Assembly (NCBI GenBank): GCA_039096225.1
Contig: JBBPEB010000021.1
Coordinates: 806,001-870,000 of the forward strand
Source: Blastocystis sp. Blastoise
Lineage: Eukaryota; Protista; Bigyra: Opalinata
DNA: 64,000 nucleotides
Reading direction: 5' to 3'
The position numbers and the translations under genes were made by a program. Below, piece by piece: positions 16,921 through 39,589 of this stretch (positions are counted from its first letter, which is position 1; each line of letters begins with the position of its first letter). The notes under the pieces were generated by a model. The model saw only the letters and a list, made by a program, of their open reading frames with translations. It had not been told where the DNA came from and made no database searches.

Positions 16921-17380
16921 TTTATTTTTCTAATAATTTTTTTCAAATAGAGACTTTTTTTTATTTTTAAACATGTAAATATATCCCTGTCTATATAATA
17001 CGTCGATTCCAATAACTAGAAGATTAAGAATCAATTTTTTATATCAAACAATCAATCATTTTTAAAGTCATATTTATATACATTTCAAAAATTCAATAGG
17101 TAATTAAAACTTCATAGTAGCCAAGCATGATAATCAGAATTCTTATCAACTCTAAAAGAAAGTTTTAAAGAGAGACGTTTTTTCTTACAGTTTTCTATCA
17201 GGTTTCGTGAACACGATAATCGTGAAAAAAACTACAAAAACCCGACTTCTTTTTCATTTCCCTACGATTATTCTCGAAACAGTTTGGACTGGAATCAGTT
17301 TGGACTGAAATCTTTTCATTAGAATGAAAATGTGTTTTGAAGCATAAATTTTTTATTATTTTATTGAAATAAAGTTTTCT

Positions 17381-18090
17381 ATGTCTTCATATCCTCCTGT
17401 ATATTGTATTAAACGTGAGATTCTTACTCATCTATAGACAAATCAAGTCATTTGTCCTAAATGTGGCAAAGCTCTTATGCCTCCTCCAGGTGCTCCTCAA
17501 TTCTATTGTCCCTGTGGTCAATTAATTAACGCTTATCCTTCAGCTGTTCCCGCTCAACCTCCTTATGGAGTCGTTCCTGGAACTACACCTAATTATCCTC
17601 CTCAACCTAATTATCCTCCTCAACCTACTTACCCTTCTCAACCTACTTATCCTCCTCAGAATTATGCTCCTATTCCAGGACAACCTATTCCTACTGTTGT
17701 TCAACCTGTTGTTCAGCCTGTCATTCAACCTGTATATGTACAACCTGCTAATCCCTATGGTGCTCCTCCTACCTATAATTATAGAGACGATGATTCTGAT
17801 CTGTATATATATAATATATATTTTATCCTCTTTTATATATAGTTATTAATTATTATTATTTTTTTTTTATTATTTTTATTATTAAATATATATATATATT
17901 ATATAGAAATGGTTTTATGGGTGGATTAATCGCTGGAAGTATTCTTGGTCATCGTGGCCCTTCTCCTCATCGTCATCATAGTCCACATTTTGGTCATGGA
18001 CCTCATAGTCCACATTTTGGACCTCATGGACCTTTTGGACCTCATAGTCCACATTTTGGACCCCATGGACCTTTTGGACCTCATTGGTAA
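17381..18090 (+). CDS. Small Pro-rich protein with an N-terminal LSD1-like Zn ribbon and C-terminal His/Gly/Pro repeats (3 exons)
   Basis: MSSYPP|TNQVICPKCGKALMPPPGAPQFYCPCGQ, then (P-N/T-YPPQ)n, then GFMGGLIAGSILG and GPHSPHFGPHGPFGPHW*; GT-AG introns in frame. Confidence 0.8.
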
Positions 18091-18581
18091 ACTATTTGAA
18101 AGTTCATTCTTTTTCAATTCACATACTACTGCCTCTTTCTTTGTGAAACAAAACGTTTAATTATCTTCAAGTCATAATTTATTTGTAGTACTAGTTGCTT
18201 TTTCTCATTCAGGTCTCTCATTTCTATTATTTTTATTTTGTTTTAATTATTTTTTTGTTCTTTCTTATTTGTTGTTTTCTTTTTCTGTCATATTTGCATG
18301 TAAACATGTATTCATAACTTATATTATTGATAATGATTTCATAATTGGTTTGTTATCCACACAGTTATTCGTTTAAATTCCCATATATGACGCGCATTTC
18401 AACACTATTCTATCATTGGCTAAATGATTTCTCATATCCAATCATCAGTTTTATAAAGGTTGTACCGGATTTTTGATTTCACTGAATGTTTGATTTTTAA
18501 ATCTCTCTCATTGCTTTTTTGTACAGATTTAGAACATATTTCTTTTTATTCTGTATATTTCTTTCCTCCTATATCTCAAGA

Positions 18582-19462
18582 ATGGTATTTTCCTACATTT
18601 CTTTGTCATCTCTACTACTCTTTAGAGTTCCGTTGTCTACTGTCCTAAATGTCATGCATGCTTATCTGCACCTCCTGGTGCTCCACGTTTTGCATGCCCT
18701 TGTGGTCAAATTATCGAAGCTCAATCTAATTGCAGTCCACAAACTCCTCCTTATGTACATTGTATTCCTCAACAAGGTTATCCTAATAATAATTATGGTG
18801 TTCCTCCAAATAGTTATGGTGTTCCTCCAAATAGTTATGGTGTTCCTCCAAATAATAATAATAGTTATAATAATAATCAAGTACCCTACGTTCCTCAACA
18901 ACCATCTCCTTCTTATAATAATCAGTCTTCTTACGTTCCTCAACAACCATCTCCTTCTTATAATAATCAAGTACCCTATGTTCCTCAACAACCTTCTCCC
19001 TATAGTCCTCCTGTTTATCCTCAAAATAATACTATTCCTACTCCTGTTCCTGTTCCTGTTCCTGTTCCTGCTCCTTCTCCTGTTTATGTTAACTATACTA
19101 CACCTGCTCCTCCTACCACTATTATTACTTCTTATGATAGTCCTGCTGAAGTATATGTTTATCATCCTAGAACTTCTAGTAGTAGTAGTAGTAGTGATTC
19201 TTATACAAGTGATGATCATCTTATTCATCCATTAGATGTATTATTACATCATAGCAGTTCTAGCTCTGATTCTAGCTCTGATTCTAGTTCTGATTCTGAT
19301 TCTGATTCTGATTCTAGCTCTGATTCTTCTCATCATCATTTTTATCATGGTCATTCATCATCATCATCTTCTTCTTCATCTTCTCATCATTATTTTGCTA
19401 ATGATTCTTCTTCTTCTTCTTCTTCTGATTCAGATTCCTATTTTGATAGTGATAGTAGCTAG
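18582..19462 (+). CDS. Tandem paralog: Zn-ribbon Pro/Tyr/Asn-rich protein with a Ser/Asp/His-rich tail (missed by the ORF track)
   Basis: ATG, then a 41 nt intron (18585-18625), then SSVVYCPKCHACLSAPPGAPRFACPCGQIIEA; frame open to TAG at 19460-19462. Confidence 0.8.
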
Positions 19463-20300
19463 TATATTTTATTTATTATTATTTTTTTTTATTATATTTA
19501 CTATTATATTCATTTATTATATTTAATTTTTATATTTATCATTCTTATTATGCCTATTATTAGAAATCTATCTTATCTATTTATAGAAACTAAATGACTG
19601 CAACTCATCTTTTATTATTCTTTTATATGCATTTTCTTTTTTGCATACTTATTGATACCATTAATTATTATTCTTCCTTCTTATCAATAATTTTTTATCG
19701 ATATTATCCATTCTTGCTGTTTTTATTCTTATTTATTTATTTTTTTTAATTCGTAATCTATTTGTTTCTTTTATATGCTTCATTACTTTCCTGTTTTTTG
19801 AACATTTTTTTAAAGGTCATCAATTTTGAAAATATCTTTATTCCTTATATCAAACTTATTTCGATTTTTATTTCATTTGTTTTGTATGTAATCACTGAAT
19901 ATGTTATGTGTATCATTTTTAAAAAGAAAGTTTTTAATAACTACTTTTCCTAAAAATTAATAGATTTTGTGACATAAATGATTTTTATAACATATTATTA
20001 CGATACCCGAGAAAACAAAATGATTTTTATCATAATTATATTCTTAAAATATTCACACACACATATTTTTCTTACAATCTAGACTAATTTCTTTGAATAT
20101 TGAGTCTGTAACCAAATACCAACCAAATCACTAAATATATGTTTTATTCCAAATACATATTGACGTTTAGAAAAGACATATTCAAGTATTATTGTAAAAA
20201 ACACAAATAAAAAACAAAAAATGTGGGAAAAAGAAACAAATAACTACATTTTTCTTTTCTTTCTTTACAGAGATTAGTCTATTAATACATTAAGAATGTT

Positions 20301-24352
<4,052 letters not shown>

Positions 24353-24752
24353 TTCTAAATATGGATTAAAATATATATTAAAGAAATACTATTAGTTTAG
24401 TTAATAAATAAAAGGATATATTTATAAGGAATTATTTGTATACTTAATGTTTTCTTGGTTGTCTACTATATTTCTATTCATAAGGTAAAGAAATATAATT
24501 TGATATTATATTTTATTATATATTAGAATAATAATAGAATAAAATAACACCTAAAACGAATATGTGACCATAGTTTTTTGAATTCACAAATTTTTTATAC
24601 TAATAAAAACAACAATGATATATATACTTTATATGTTTTTATACTATTACTCTTTTTTATTAAAAACCAATTTCATTTATATATCAAAACAAAGCAAAAC
24701 TATAAGAATAAATATGATATTAATTATTATTCTTTAATATATAAATATATGA

Positions 24753-26224
<1,472 letters not shown>

Positions 26225-26515
26225 ATTAAATGTAAAAATGAATTATTTAGGAAATATAAACAAGAGGAAAAGAAAATTTATGTTGTTTATTCTTTTTTAT
26301 TTTCATTTTTTTTTTATTTTTTTAAATAATTATTTTTTTTTATTTTTATTTGTTTTCTTTTTATATTCTAAGAAATGATATATATTTGATTTATTAAAAA
26401 TAAAAAGAAAAAGATTATAATAAAAATATGAAAATGAAAATAAAATGACTCAAATACACATAAAATTTAATTCTTTAATTTTTATAAATCAATAAACATA
26501 TCAAATATTTATTAT

Positions 26516-28978
26516 TTAATTTTCTTTTTCTTTATTTAAATAGACTTGATCCATAAGGAAATGAAATATGAATGAACTTAGTTTTGGACCAATAGAAGAT
26601 GTTTGATATTTTGCGGTTATATCTTCTAAAATCATTTCTGGATTCATTGAATCAAATAACCTTGAATATCGTATCAATAAAGATTTACAAGTAGGATATA
26701 ATTCAGTAATTGCTTTTGCTTTTTGTATTCCACATCGTGGTATTTGTGCTAATTGTGTTGTCCATAGTTCTTTTGTAGTTATAAATGTAGTTTTAGAGAA
26801 TTCTTCTTGGAAATAATCATAAGTATGATGATATTGATGAAGATAACAATTTGAAGTAGATGTATATAATGATTGAATACAATTATATAAATTAACAAGA
26901 AATAGAATACTATCATCGATAGAAGTTGTTGTATATACATGAAACTGATCATATACCTATATATATAATATATATATATAGAAAGAGAGAAAGAGAGAAT
27001 ATATATATATACCATAATAGAGAGTATATTTTTGAATATAGAAGAGATACGAATAGCTTCTTGAGAAGTAGGTGTTCCTTCAATTAAATAGAAAACATGA
27101 CGAATATGACTCTTATGCAATCGAGACTTTTGCTCAAGAAATCTATAGTATAATAAACTAATAGTATTCTATATTTAGTATTCTATATATTAGTATATAT
27201 ACCTTCCATCTAAGATACTAGATACAAGATCACTTATTGTTTTACGTTCTACGATGAAATCCATTATATACTCCATCTCATCCTCTATTCATATATATAT
27301 ACATTTATATATGCATTTATATATACATTTATATATATATATATACGTGTTTTATGTTTTAATATGAATTGTACATCTCCCAAAGCGATCGATCGACTGA
27401 GTACAGGAATCCCTCTTCCAGCCAAACGAGTATATATATATCCACGATCATTTCTATTCCGTATCTATACTCAATAAATATATATATAATAAATATATAT
27501 AATAAAATATATATAATAAAACATATAAATAAATATAATGAATACTTCTCGATTATCTAGAACAAGATCAATAGTCCATTGATTCTTTGCTAATTGTATA
27601 GTAGATTCTAAAAATGGATTAATATCTTTCTTCTTCTTCTCTTCTTCTATACCTTCTAAATCATATTCACATAATTTCGATACTTCTGTTTCAGGAGCAC
27701 CCCATGAAATTCCTTCTATAGAGGGTTTTAATGGCCATTTAGTAGAATCATTAACAGTAGTAATTGTAAGAGGAGATAATTGTGGTTTTATAATAGATAC
27801 AGAAGGAGAAGGAGAAGATGAAGATAAAGAGGGAGGAATAGATATAGAAGATATAGAAGGAGGAATAGATAGAGAAGAAGATGAAGATATAGAGGGAGGA
27901 ATAGATATAGAAGAAGAAGAAGAAAAAGAAGAAGAAGAAGAAGAAATCATTACATTTCCTTCAGTAAGAGAAGTAATACTGATATTATTATGAATACAAA
28001 AATCATGAATATAAACTTGTGTTGCATAACATTTACTAACTAATAAACAACACAATTTCAATGCTATATATATATATATATAGAATGATTTAATAAAAAT
28101 ATATATACATTCTTCATGGATTCTAATAAATGTATTATTTTCTAGATTTATTATAGATTTCTTATGTAATACTTTTAAATGAGTTATATATATCTTCTTA
28201 TTACTTGTAGTATCAACTGATGATAAAGACATCTATATATATATATATATAAATAGATATAAATAGATCTATACAAGATGTTCAAAATGATTTAGACCTG
28301 ATAAGAGGAATATAGAGAGTTTCTTCTGTTCATATACACACATCCATATCGATAATAATGCACACCATGGACCTATTTATAAACATTGATTCATATATAT
28401 ATACAACAAGAACAGAATACATAATAATATTAATATATACATAGATAAAAAATGACTTTCAATATTTATATATATACCTCCTGATTCTTTAGGAACATAC
28501 ATAAAATCTGATAATTGTGTTCCTTTTGTATTTCGATCATCAGGACCCATCTCGTCAGCCACTATTATTATTATTATATAATGATTCAAATTTTATATAC
28601 AAAATAAACAAAATTCATATTTAAGAATATATCAACTCTTTGAATAATTATATATATATACAAGCAGGAACATTCAATAGTTTTTCCTTCTGTAGAATTC
28701 CTTCAATAATATTTCCCATATAATCACCGATTCCTGGAAGAACTATAGCTTGATCACGACTTCGAATGGGAGTCTTACATCTATTTTATTAGAAAAATAA
28801 AGTATTTATCAATATAATAATACTGTTTAATATTCGCTATAGCTTTACGAATCGTAAATAACATATGATCATTCTTCTTCTCTGTGTATTTTATCTCTAT
28901 CTCTAATAATTTCTGAACTAAACGAATATTCGCTTTACATAAACAACCAAATTCACGCTTCTGACTATTTATACTCAT
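26516..28978 (-). CDS. MUS81: Crossover junction endonuclease MUS81
   Basis: N-terminal HhH (AIVLPGIGDYM), winged-helix start YVPKESGGPW, LVLDNRE, ALGDV, FIVERKTISDLVSSILDGRFLEQKSRL, YLIEG, C-terminal HhH (LAQIPRCGIQKA, IGPKLS). Confidence 0.95.
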
Positions 28979-29336
28979 TCAAAACACTCATTAACAACTT
29001 GATCGACCGTTTCTATCACTATTCTTTATTCTATCCGATTTTCTATATTCATTATTCTTTATATTTATATCATATCATACTCTCTACAGACTTTTATGAA
29101 CTTTATTCTTCTTTTTTATTTCTTTTATTCAACAATTTTCAGACTCAAACTGATTTTTTATATATTTTTTATATTTTTTTATTGATTTTCAGATAGAATC
29201 AGGCAGTTACTGATTTCCATAAGAATATAACTTTCAGTTTCTTTTATAAAAAAAAATATTTTCTTTCGTAAACAAATCGAGTTTATAGAGATTCATTTAT
29301 TTGTCAATCTCGTGTATTCTGTCAATTTCAGACATT

Positions 29337-33410
<4,074 letters not shown>

Positions 33411-33746
33411 ATAATAATTTTATATATATAAAATTCTTTACTATTTTTCTGAACTAATTATTATATATTTCTATTCAATGTGTTTATTTTTTTTCATTAT
33501 ATAGTTTAGATTATCTCTATGTATATATTTTTAAAAATGTTATTATTTTTTTTTTGTATTTCGTTATCATTAGGGTTTATATATATATTGTATTATACCA
33601 AACAATTAAAACAATAATTATTCGTTGTTTTGTTTATAAGAAAGAATACTTAAAAAAATATTAGTATAAATAGTTTACTATAATTATATATATAAAGAAA
33701 GAAAGAAAGTGAATATTATATATATAAAAAAAAACATAAAATAATA

Positions 33747-36700
33747 TTATGAATGATGGCTTTTTCTGCTTTTCAATTGTTTATTTTGTTCATTTAGTTG
33801 ATTGATCTGTTGAATATAATAATCAAATAATTGAGATATTTGAAGTGGTATATTTTGTTTAGAAGTTATTTGTGATGGAGAATAAGTAGATAATAAACGT
33901 AATAATTGAGATTCTATCAATTCTTTTTCTTCAGTTATTCTTGAAAGATTATAATTAATAATATTTATTTGTTTCTCATATACTTCTTTTGAATCTTTTT
34001 TATTAATTGATTTATCGTTCTTTAAGGGAGTCACTGAAGAATTGTTATTTTCTGGAGAGAATTTGGTTTCTTTGTTCTTCTCTGATAATAATAATACTTC
34101 TTTTTTTAAATGATTATTTTCTTCAACAAGTTTTTCATTATTATTACTAAGATTGGCAATAAGTTGTTGATAATGTATCAGTTCTTGATTTAAAGAATTC
34201 ATTATTTTCTCATTCTCTTTATGCTTCTCTTTCTTTTCATGGTTACTAGTAATACTAATAATCCTTTCATTATTATATTGTTTAGAATTACTTGTATTTT
34301 GTTTAGATGAATATAGTTTTTGTTCTATTTCTTTGTTATTTACAGTTTCTAAGTATCTTTTTTGTTCATAAGATGTATTATTTTGTGTATGAGTAGATAT
34401 AGAAATAGATTTCGATATAGAATCTTGATTAATTAGACTAGAGTCTTTCATTTTATGTTGCTTATCTATAGTATGATGTTTTATAGAACTAGATTGATTC
34501 ATTTGTTGTTGTTTTTCTTGATTATGATTTTCAATAAATGTAGAATATGCTTGAACAGAAGAAGGAGGAATAAATGGCTTTTTAGATATTATTCCATGTT
34601 TATTCTTTGAAGATATACTTGGAATAGAAGGATTAGATATAGATATAGATATATTTTTTGAAGATAATTGAGATAGAGGAGGAGGAGGAGGAATATCATC
34701 TGGAAATTCAATTAAGGAATCTATATATAAGATAAATTATATTATTTAATACTTATGTGGTATTATTCTATTATTATTATTTTTAAAAATGAAAATGAGA
34801 AAAGTATGATTTATTTATAAATTTCAAATAATACTATTATAGATATAGAATACTGTTATTATTCATAATTGTTGGCTTGCTTTTTATAGATGAATGAATT
34901 GCAGAAGAAGGAATAGAAGTATTATTATTAGTTATTTGTTTATTATTATCAATTATTTGCTTATTATTATTAGTTATTTGTATATTATTATTAATTATTT
35001 GCTTATTATCATTAATTATTTCTTTATTATTATTAAAAATATTATCTTCATCTTCATCATCATTTTCATCTTCTTCTTTGAGTATTGTTTGATTTATATA
35101 AGGGATATGATATGATGTAGATCCTCTAATAATAAACTTACCCTTACAGTAATCATCATATGCTCGTATCTCTGTTTTCTAAAAATTATATATATATATT
35201 ATATATTAGATATATTATACTATTTATATAGTATTATATATATTATGTTATTTATAATATATTATATATATTATATATAATATCTAATATAAACTATATT
35301 TATGAATAGCAAATAAAATAAACTAAATATATATATATATATATAACGAGATACTTTTAAATGTCCATTTTGAAGAATATAATATAAATAATGTTCGTCT
35401 GTATCCATAGATAATACAATATCATCTTCAGTAAAAACAATTGAAAACATCTTTATTTGATTATCATAAAACTATATAAATAAACTATTAAAATAATTCT
35501 ATATATATATTAAAGATTCAAAAAATTTAAAAAAAAATTAAAAAACAAACAAACATACAATAATATCATTATTTTTAAAACATAAAATTTCATATTTTCC
35601 AAATTTTGTGATATTAATAACAGTATTATCTTCTCCAACAAGAAATCTTTCCTTTTTATTAATATCTAATAGTTCTATTTGACCAAGAGCAGATAACATA
35701 ATAATCTTTGTTTTACTAATATATTTCATAAATTGAATATGTATATCTAGATTATTATCATATTTCATAGGAAGACTACCTCTTATTGGCGGCAAATCAT
35801 TTGAAATTAGATCATTTATCGTATCATAAGGTTCTTTTATTATTTTTTTATTATTTATAGTATAAGGTAAAACTAAAGGAATATCAGTTAAACAACAAGG
35901 AACAGTGGATCGTATTGGATCAGAAATACTTTTTCCATCAAAATTAATTAACTATAGAGAAATAAACATTAAAAAAAAATAAAGAAAATATATATATATG
36001 TTATAATAAAATACATAAACAAGAGCATTTTTTGTTGAAATAGCAAATCCTTCAGGAATTGCAATAACATCAGTTCCAACATACTTTACACTTTCTGAAG
36101 TAGATAAAGTCCAATCACAAGTATTCCATAACTATAATAATAACTATTATTATCATTATAATTATAATTATAATAACAACTATTATTATAAGTATAATTA
36201 TAATAATAACTATAATAAACTATATATAAAACTGTCACTAAACAAGAAATATACAACGAAATATTTGTCACATAGTGAAATCATTTTGCTTCCATCTAGA
36301 GATATACAACATGAAGTTGCTGGAATATCATGACCTGTAAGTTGTTTAAGAAGATTCATGTCATGATCCCAAATCTAATTCAAAAATGAAATTATAATAA
36401 ATCAAGTTATATACTTCTAATATACCATCTGAGTAGCTTGTGATGATACATAAATCATTGACATTCCAGCATACTATTTGAACATGATCATTAGATTTAC
36501 TTTTTTCAACTTCAAATGTTTCTTTATTAAACATCTAGATATTTTATATTTATTACTGATATTGTTCTCAATTTTTTAAATATATGTTTATCTTTATAAA
36601 ACAACTATAATATACAGTAATGCAATTGGGTTTTGTTTTGACATATAATTTTGTATTATGAATTTTAAGTATATCATTTCCTTTGCATTTGAATATATTC

Positions 36701-36777
36701 GTATCTTTAACTGAGACAGCCTACTTATAATATGATTTTAAGTATCGAATACGTACACATAAATGATTGTTATTCAT
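33747..36777 (-). CDS. WD40-repeat protein with a low-complexity middle and C-terminal coiled coil
   Basis: IITSYSDGILE|IWDHDMNLLKQLTGHDIPATSCCISLDGSKMISL is a WD repeat; GT-AG exon chain in frame into the 33747-34502 ORF. Confidence 0.7.
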
Positions 36778-37806
36778 TTTGATTATCAACGATGAAGAAT
36801 AAAATGAAGACAAACGAAGAAGAAACGAATACTATTTAGAATATCAATAATAAAATTCAATAATTATTACGAATAAATCAAAAACAGAAAAGATATGATA
36901 GATTTGATTGTTTTGTGATTATTGGCTGGTTTTCTATTAAAGCATATGACGATTTTTGAATAATTAAATATATATTTATAATTTTTGAAATAATTTAAGT
37001 AACTTTAATATAATTTTTCATAATAAGAATCAAAACGGATATTTGATTTGTTAAAAAAATAATAAAATGATTGACTTCTTGATTTGTATGAAACGTTAGT
37101 TTATTTCTATTTGATGACTTCAAAGACTCTATAAAATATATATAATTTTTTTTTATTTATATTCTTTCTATAATTTTAATAACTTTTTGAATAAGACCAA
37201 TTTATTCTTATAGCATGAGTTTTTTTCTTACCAAAAGTATCTGACTTATTTTTTCTTATCTTTACTATGCAAATGACTAACTTTTATTATTTGAAAGATA
37301 AATAAAAATGAAAAAACAGTGATTCTAATGATTATATTTTTAAAAAATAAGATAATTAGAACATACAACAATTACTTAGTAGATCCTTACAATACTTTGC
37401 ACATGCTTATTAGATAGAAAATCGAATTATTTCTATTTCATAAAAAAATAACGAGAAACATACCTTTTATGCATCTAGTACTTTTTCATGATCAACTAAA
37501 GTATTGCTAGAAAGTGAGCAAGGCAGAAAGCGCTACAACACAGTAATTTTCATAAACTAATCTTTTCTTATGAATGTAAACGTATCTCACGATCTTCTTC
37601 GGATGATCTAGAGTACATAAATAAAGTTATATTATGAGAGTATCATTCAAATAGGATTAAATTGATGAAACTAAAATATTCTAGATAAAATGTTTTTATT
37701 TACCACAAAAAAGCAATTAAACATGAAACGTTTTTATAAGCCAAAAAAAACACATTTTATTAAATATTCGATTATTATTGAGAATAACCTAATTTATTTA
37801 ATAGGA

Positions 37807-38429
37807 ATGAGTAGAACAAATATCAGAAACAAAACTACAAAAACCAAGGTAAATGTCGATAAAGTCAAAAAAGAGGATGAGATTTTACATAAGAAAGGTC
37901 ATAAGAAGCGAATGGCAAATGCTAAACAGCTCATTTCTCGAAAATTATTAGAAGATAAACTTAAAAAGCAACAAGAAGAAGATAAATTAAAACAGAAGAA
38001 AATGGAAACTAAAAACTTTGATATGGACGATCTTGAATCTTTATTGAACGCTTTACCTAGTTCTGAATCTGTATATAGATAAATAAAAGATATTTGTGCC
38101 TTATAATTTCTATTTCTTTTCTTTTTTTATTTCTTTTTTTTTAGAAAAAGCAAGAAGTGAATCAAATACCAAAATCATTCAAGGGAAAGAATAAATTAGC
38201 CTATCTTGAAGTTCAACGTCTTAAGGTATTTTCACAATAACTATTATGGAACTAATTATTGTGCTTTTTTCTTCTTTATCAATATTATATGTCCGATATA
38301 CTCTATATATAAACTATATAGAATGTTCTTGCTAATGAAAGTCTTCAGAATAATCCTTTTGAAACTGTTCAAAATCACTTAGCATTTGTTAATAATCAGA
38401 ATGTTAAATCAAAGGATATCGATATGTAA
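37807..38429 (+). CDS. SLX9: Ribosome biogenesis factor SLX9/FAM207-like
   Basis: Basic N-terminus, FDMDDLESLLNALP, C-terminal EVQRLK|NVLANESLQNNPFETVQNHL typical of SLX9. Confidence 0.72.
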
Positions 38430-38665
38430 TTGTGTTTATTACACTATATTCATATGTAGAAATACAATATTTCTTCTTCTTTTCTATATGTACTTTTTTT
38501 CTTGTTTGTTTACTGTTATATTTGTTATTTTTCACTTTAAATTGCTTTTTCTGTTGTTTCCTATATATTTCATACGAATAAAGTAATTGAAATAAATAAA
38601 AACCTTATAACCAACAAGTTATTGCTATAAAAATGAAAAGTCTATAAAAAAAAGAGCAATAGCTA

Positions 38666-38690
38666 AACTTCTAATCAAAATGTTTCGAAG
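38666..38690 (+). promoter_or_regulatory. Putative snRNA proximal sequence element upstream of U12
   Basis: AACTTCTAATCAAAATGTTTCGAAG; the 19 bp core is 18/19 identical to the element upstream of U2 and sits at the same offset, about -60. Confidence 0.8.
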
Positions 38691-38724
38691 CTATTTATAA
38701 GTTTTTTTGGTGGCAAAAACATGT

Positions 38725-38868
38725 CGGCCTCAAACTAATGAGTAAGGAAACTATAGCTTTCACTGATCTGGAAGCATCGTACACGTTACGACCAATTTCT
38801 GAAGGATACGGAACGGTCTCGTATTGGTGCTTAACATTCTTTGTTAGGATGATACTTGGCTGGTCCCC
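38725..38868 (+). ncRNA. RNU12: U12 minor spliceosomal snRNA
   Basis: GCCTCAAACTAATGAGTAAGGAAA matches the conserved U12 5' end, including branch-pairing GUAAGGA; SLIIa GCTTTCA/TGGAAGC; SLIIb TCGTA/TACGA; Sm site AATTTCTG (38794-38801); long SLIII (CGGTC/GGCTG, GTATT/GATAC, CTTAACA/TGTTAGG) with a pyrimidine-rich apical loop. Confidence 0.92.
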
Positions 38869-39170
38869 GATATCTATTATTAATTTAATTTTTATAAACG
38901 ATAATGATATTATAATCAATCACAAAAAATACAGATTAGACAAGAGTCTCATTAAATGTTTTTTTCAGTTGGACAATTATGTTCATTTCTTTATAAAGTA
39001 TTTGGAGTTGTTATTTGGTTGAGGTAGTTTTTAAGAGATAAAACAATTAAAAAGAAAGAAAAAATAAATAAAATGAAAAACAAATAAATAATCATGAATA
39101 TTTTGTTTTTTAAAGGGGGAAATCAAAATAATTTTTTCTTTGTTTCTTAAATAAGTCGAATTCATCAATA

Positions 39171-39589
39171 ATGCAAGCTAGGTATGTTATAAATAGTTAC
39201 CCTAAGCATAGAGATGATTATATATAGATTAGTACAACTTATGAAACAGTCTCAATCGTCATTCCGTTACTTTAGTGAGAATGTACGTATTATCGTCTTG
39301 AAAGAACAAGAGAACCTTGGTGTACCTAATGATATAGTTGAAGTGAAGCCTGGTTATATGAGAAATTTCCTTGTATATAAGTTTATTTTATATATTTGAT
39401 ATGAATATTAAAAATGCGAATCTGTTTTCTTAATATATATTCGTACATTTGGAAAGAAATTCTCATTTTTTTGTTTTATAATAGTATCCTAGAGGTATAG
39501 CTGTATATGATATCCCATTAAATAGAAAAAAATATAATATTCCTATGGATAAGCAAGTATCATTAAAGAAGAAATCAAAACAACATTAA
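39171..39589 (+). CDS. MRPL9: Mitochondrial ribosomal protein bL9m (N-terminal L9 domain)
   Basis: Presequence MQARLVQLMKQSQSSFRYFS; IIVLKEQENLGVPNDIVEVKPGYMRNFL|YPRGIAVY. Confidence 0.9.

Noticed and set aside
37582-37616. Hairpin with a cUUCGg tetraloop upstream of SLX9, a possible snoRNA
   Set aside because: No convincing H/ACA or C/D boxes and no snRNA promoter element; a single short imperfect stem is insufficient.
38735-38751. CTAATGAG…GAAAC resembling a hammerhead ribozyme core
   Set aside because: It is not CUGAUGA and has no stem II; it is the U12 5' motif.
38695-39022. ORF-track ORFs 38695-38919 (-) and 38738-39022 (+)
   Set aside because: They overlap the U12 snRNA and have no protein-like features; the higher GC is explained by RNA stems.
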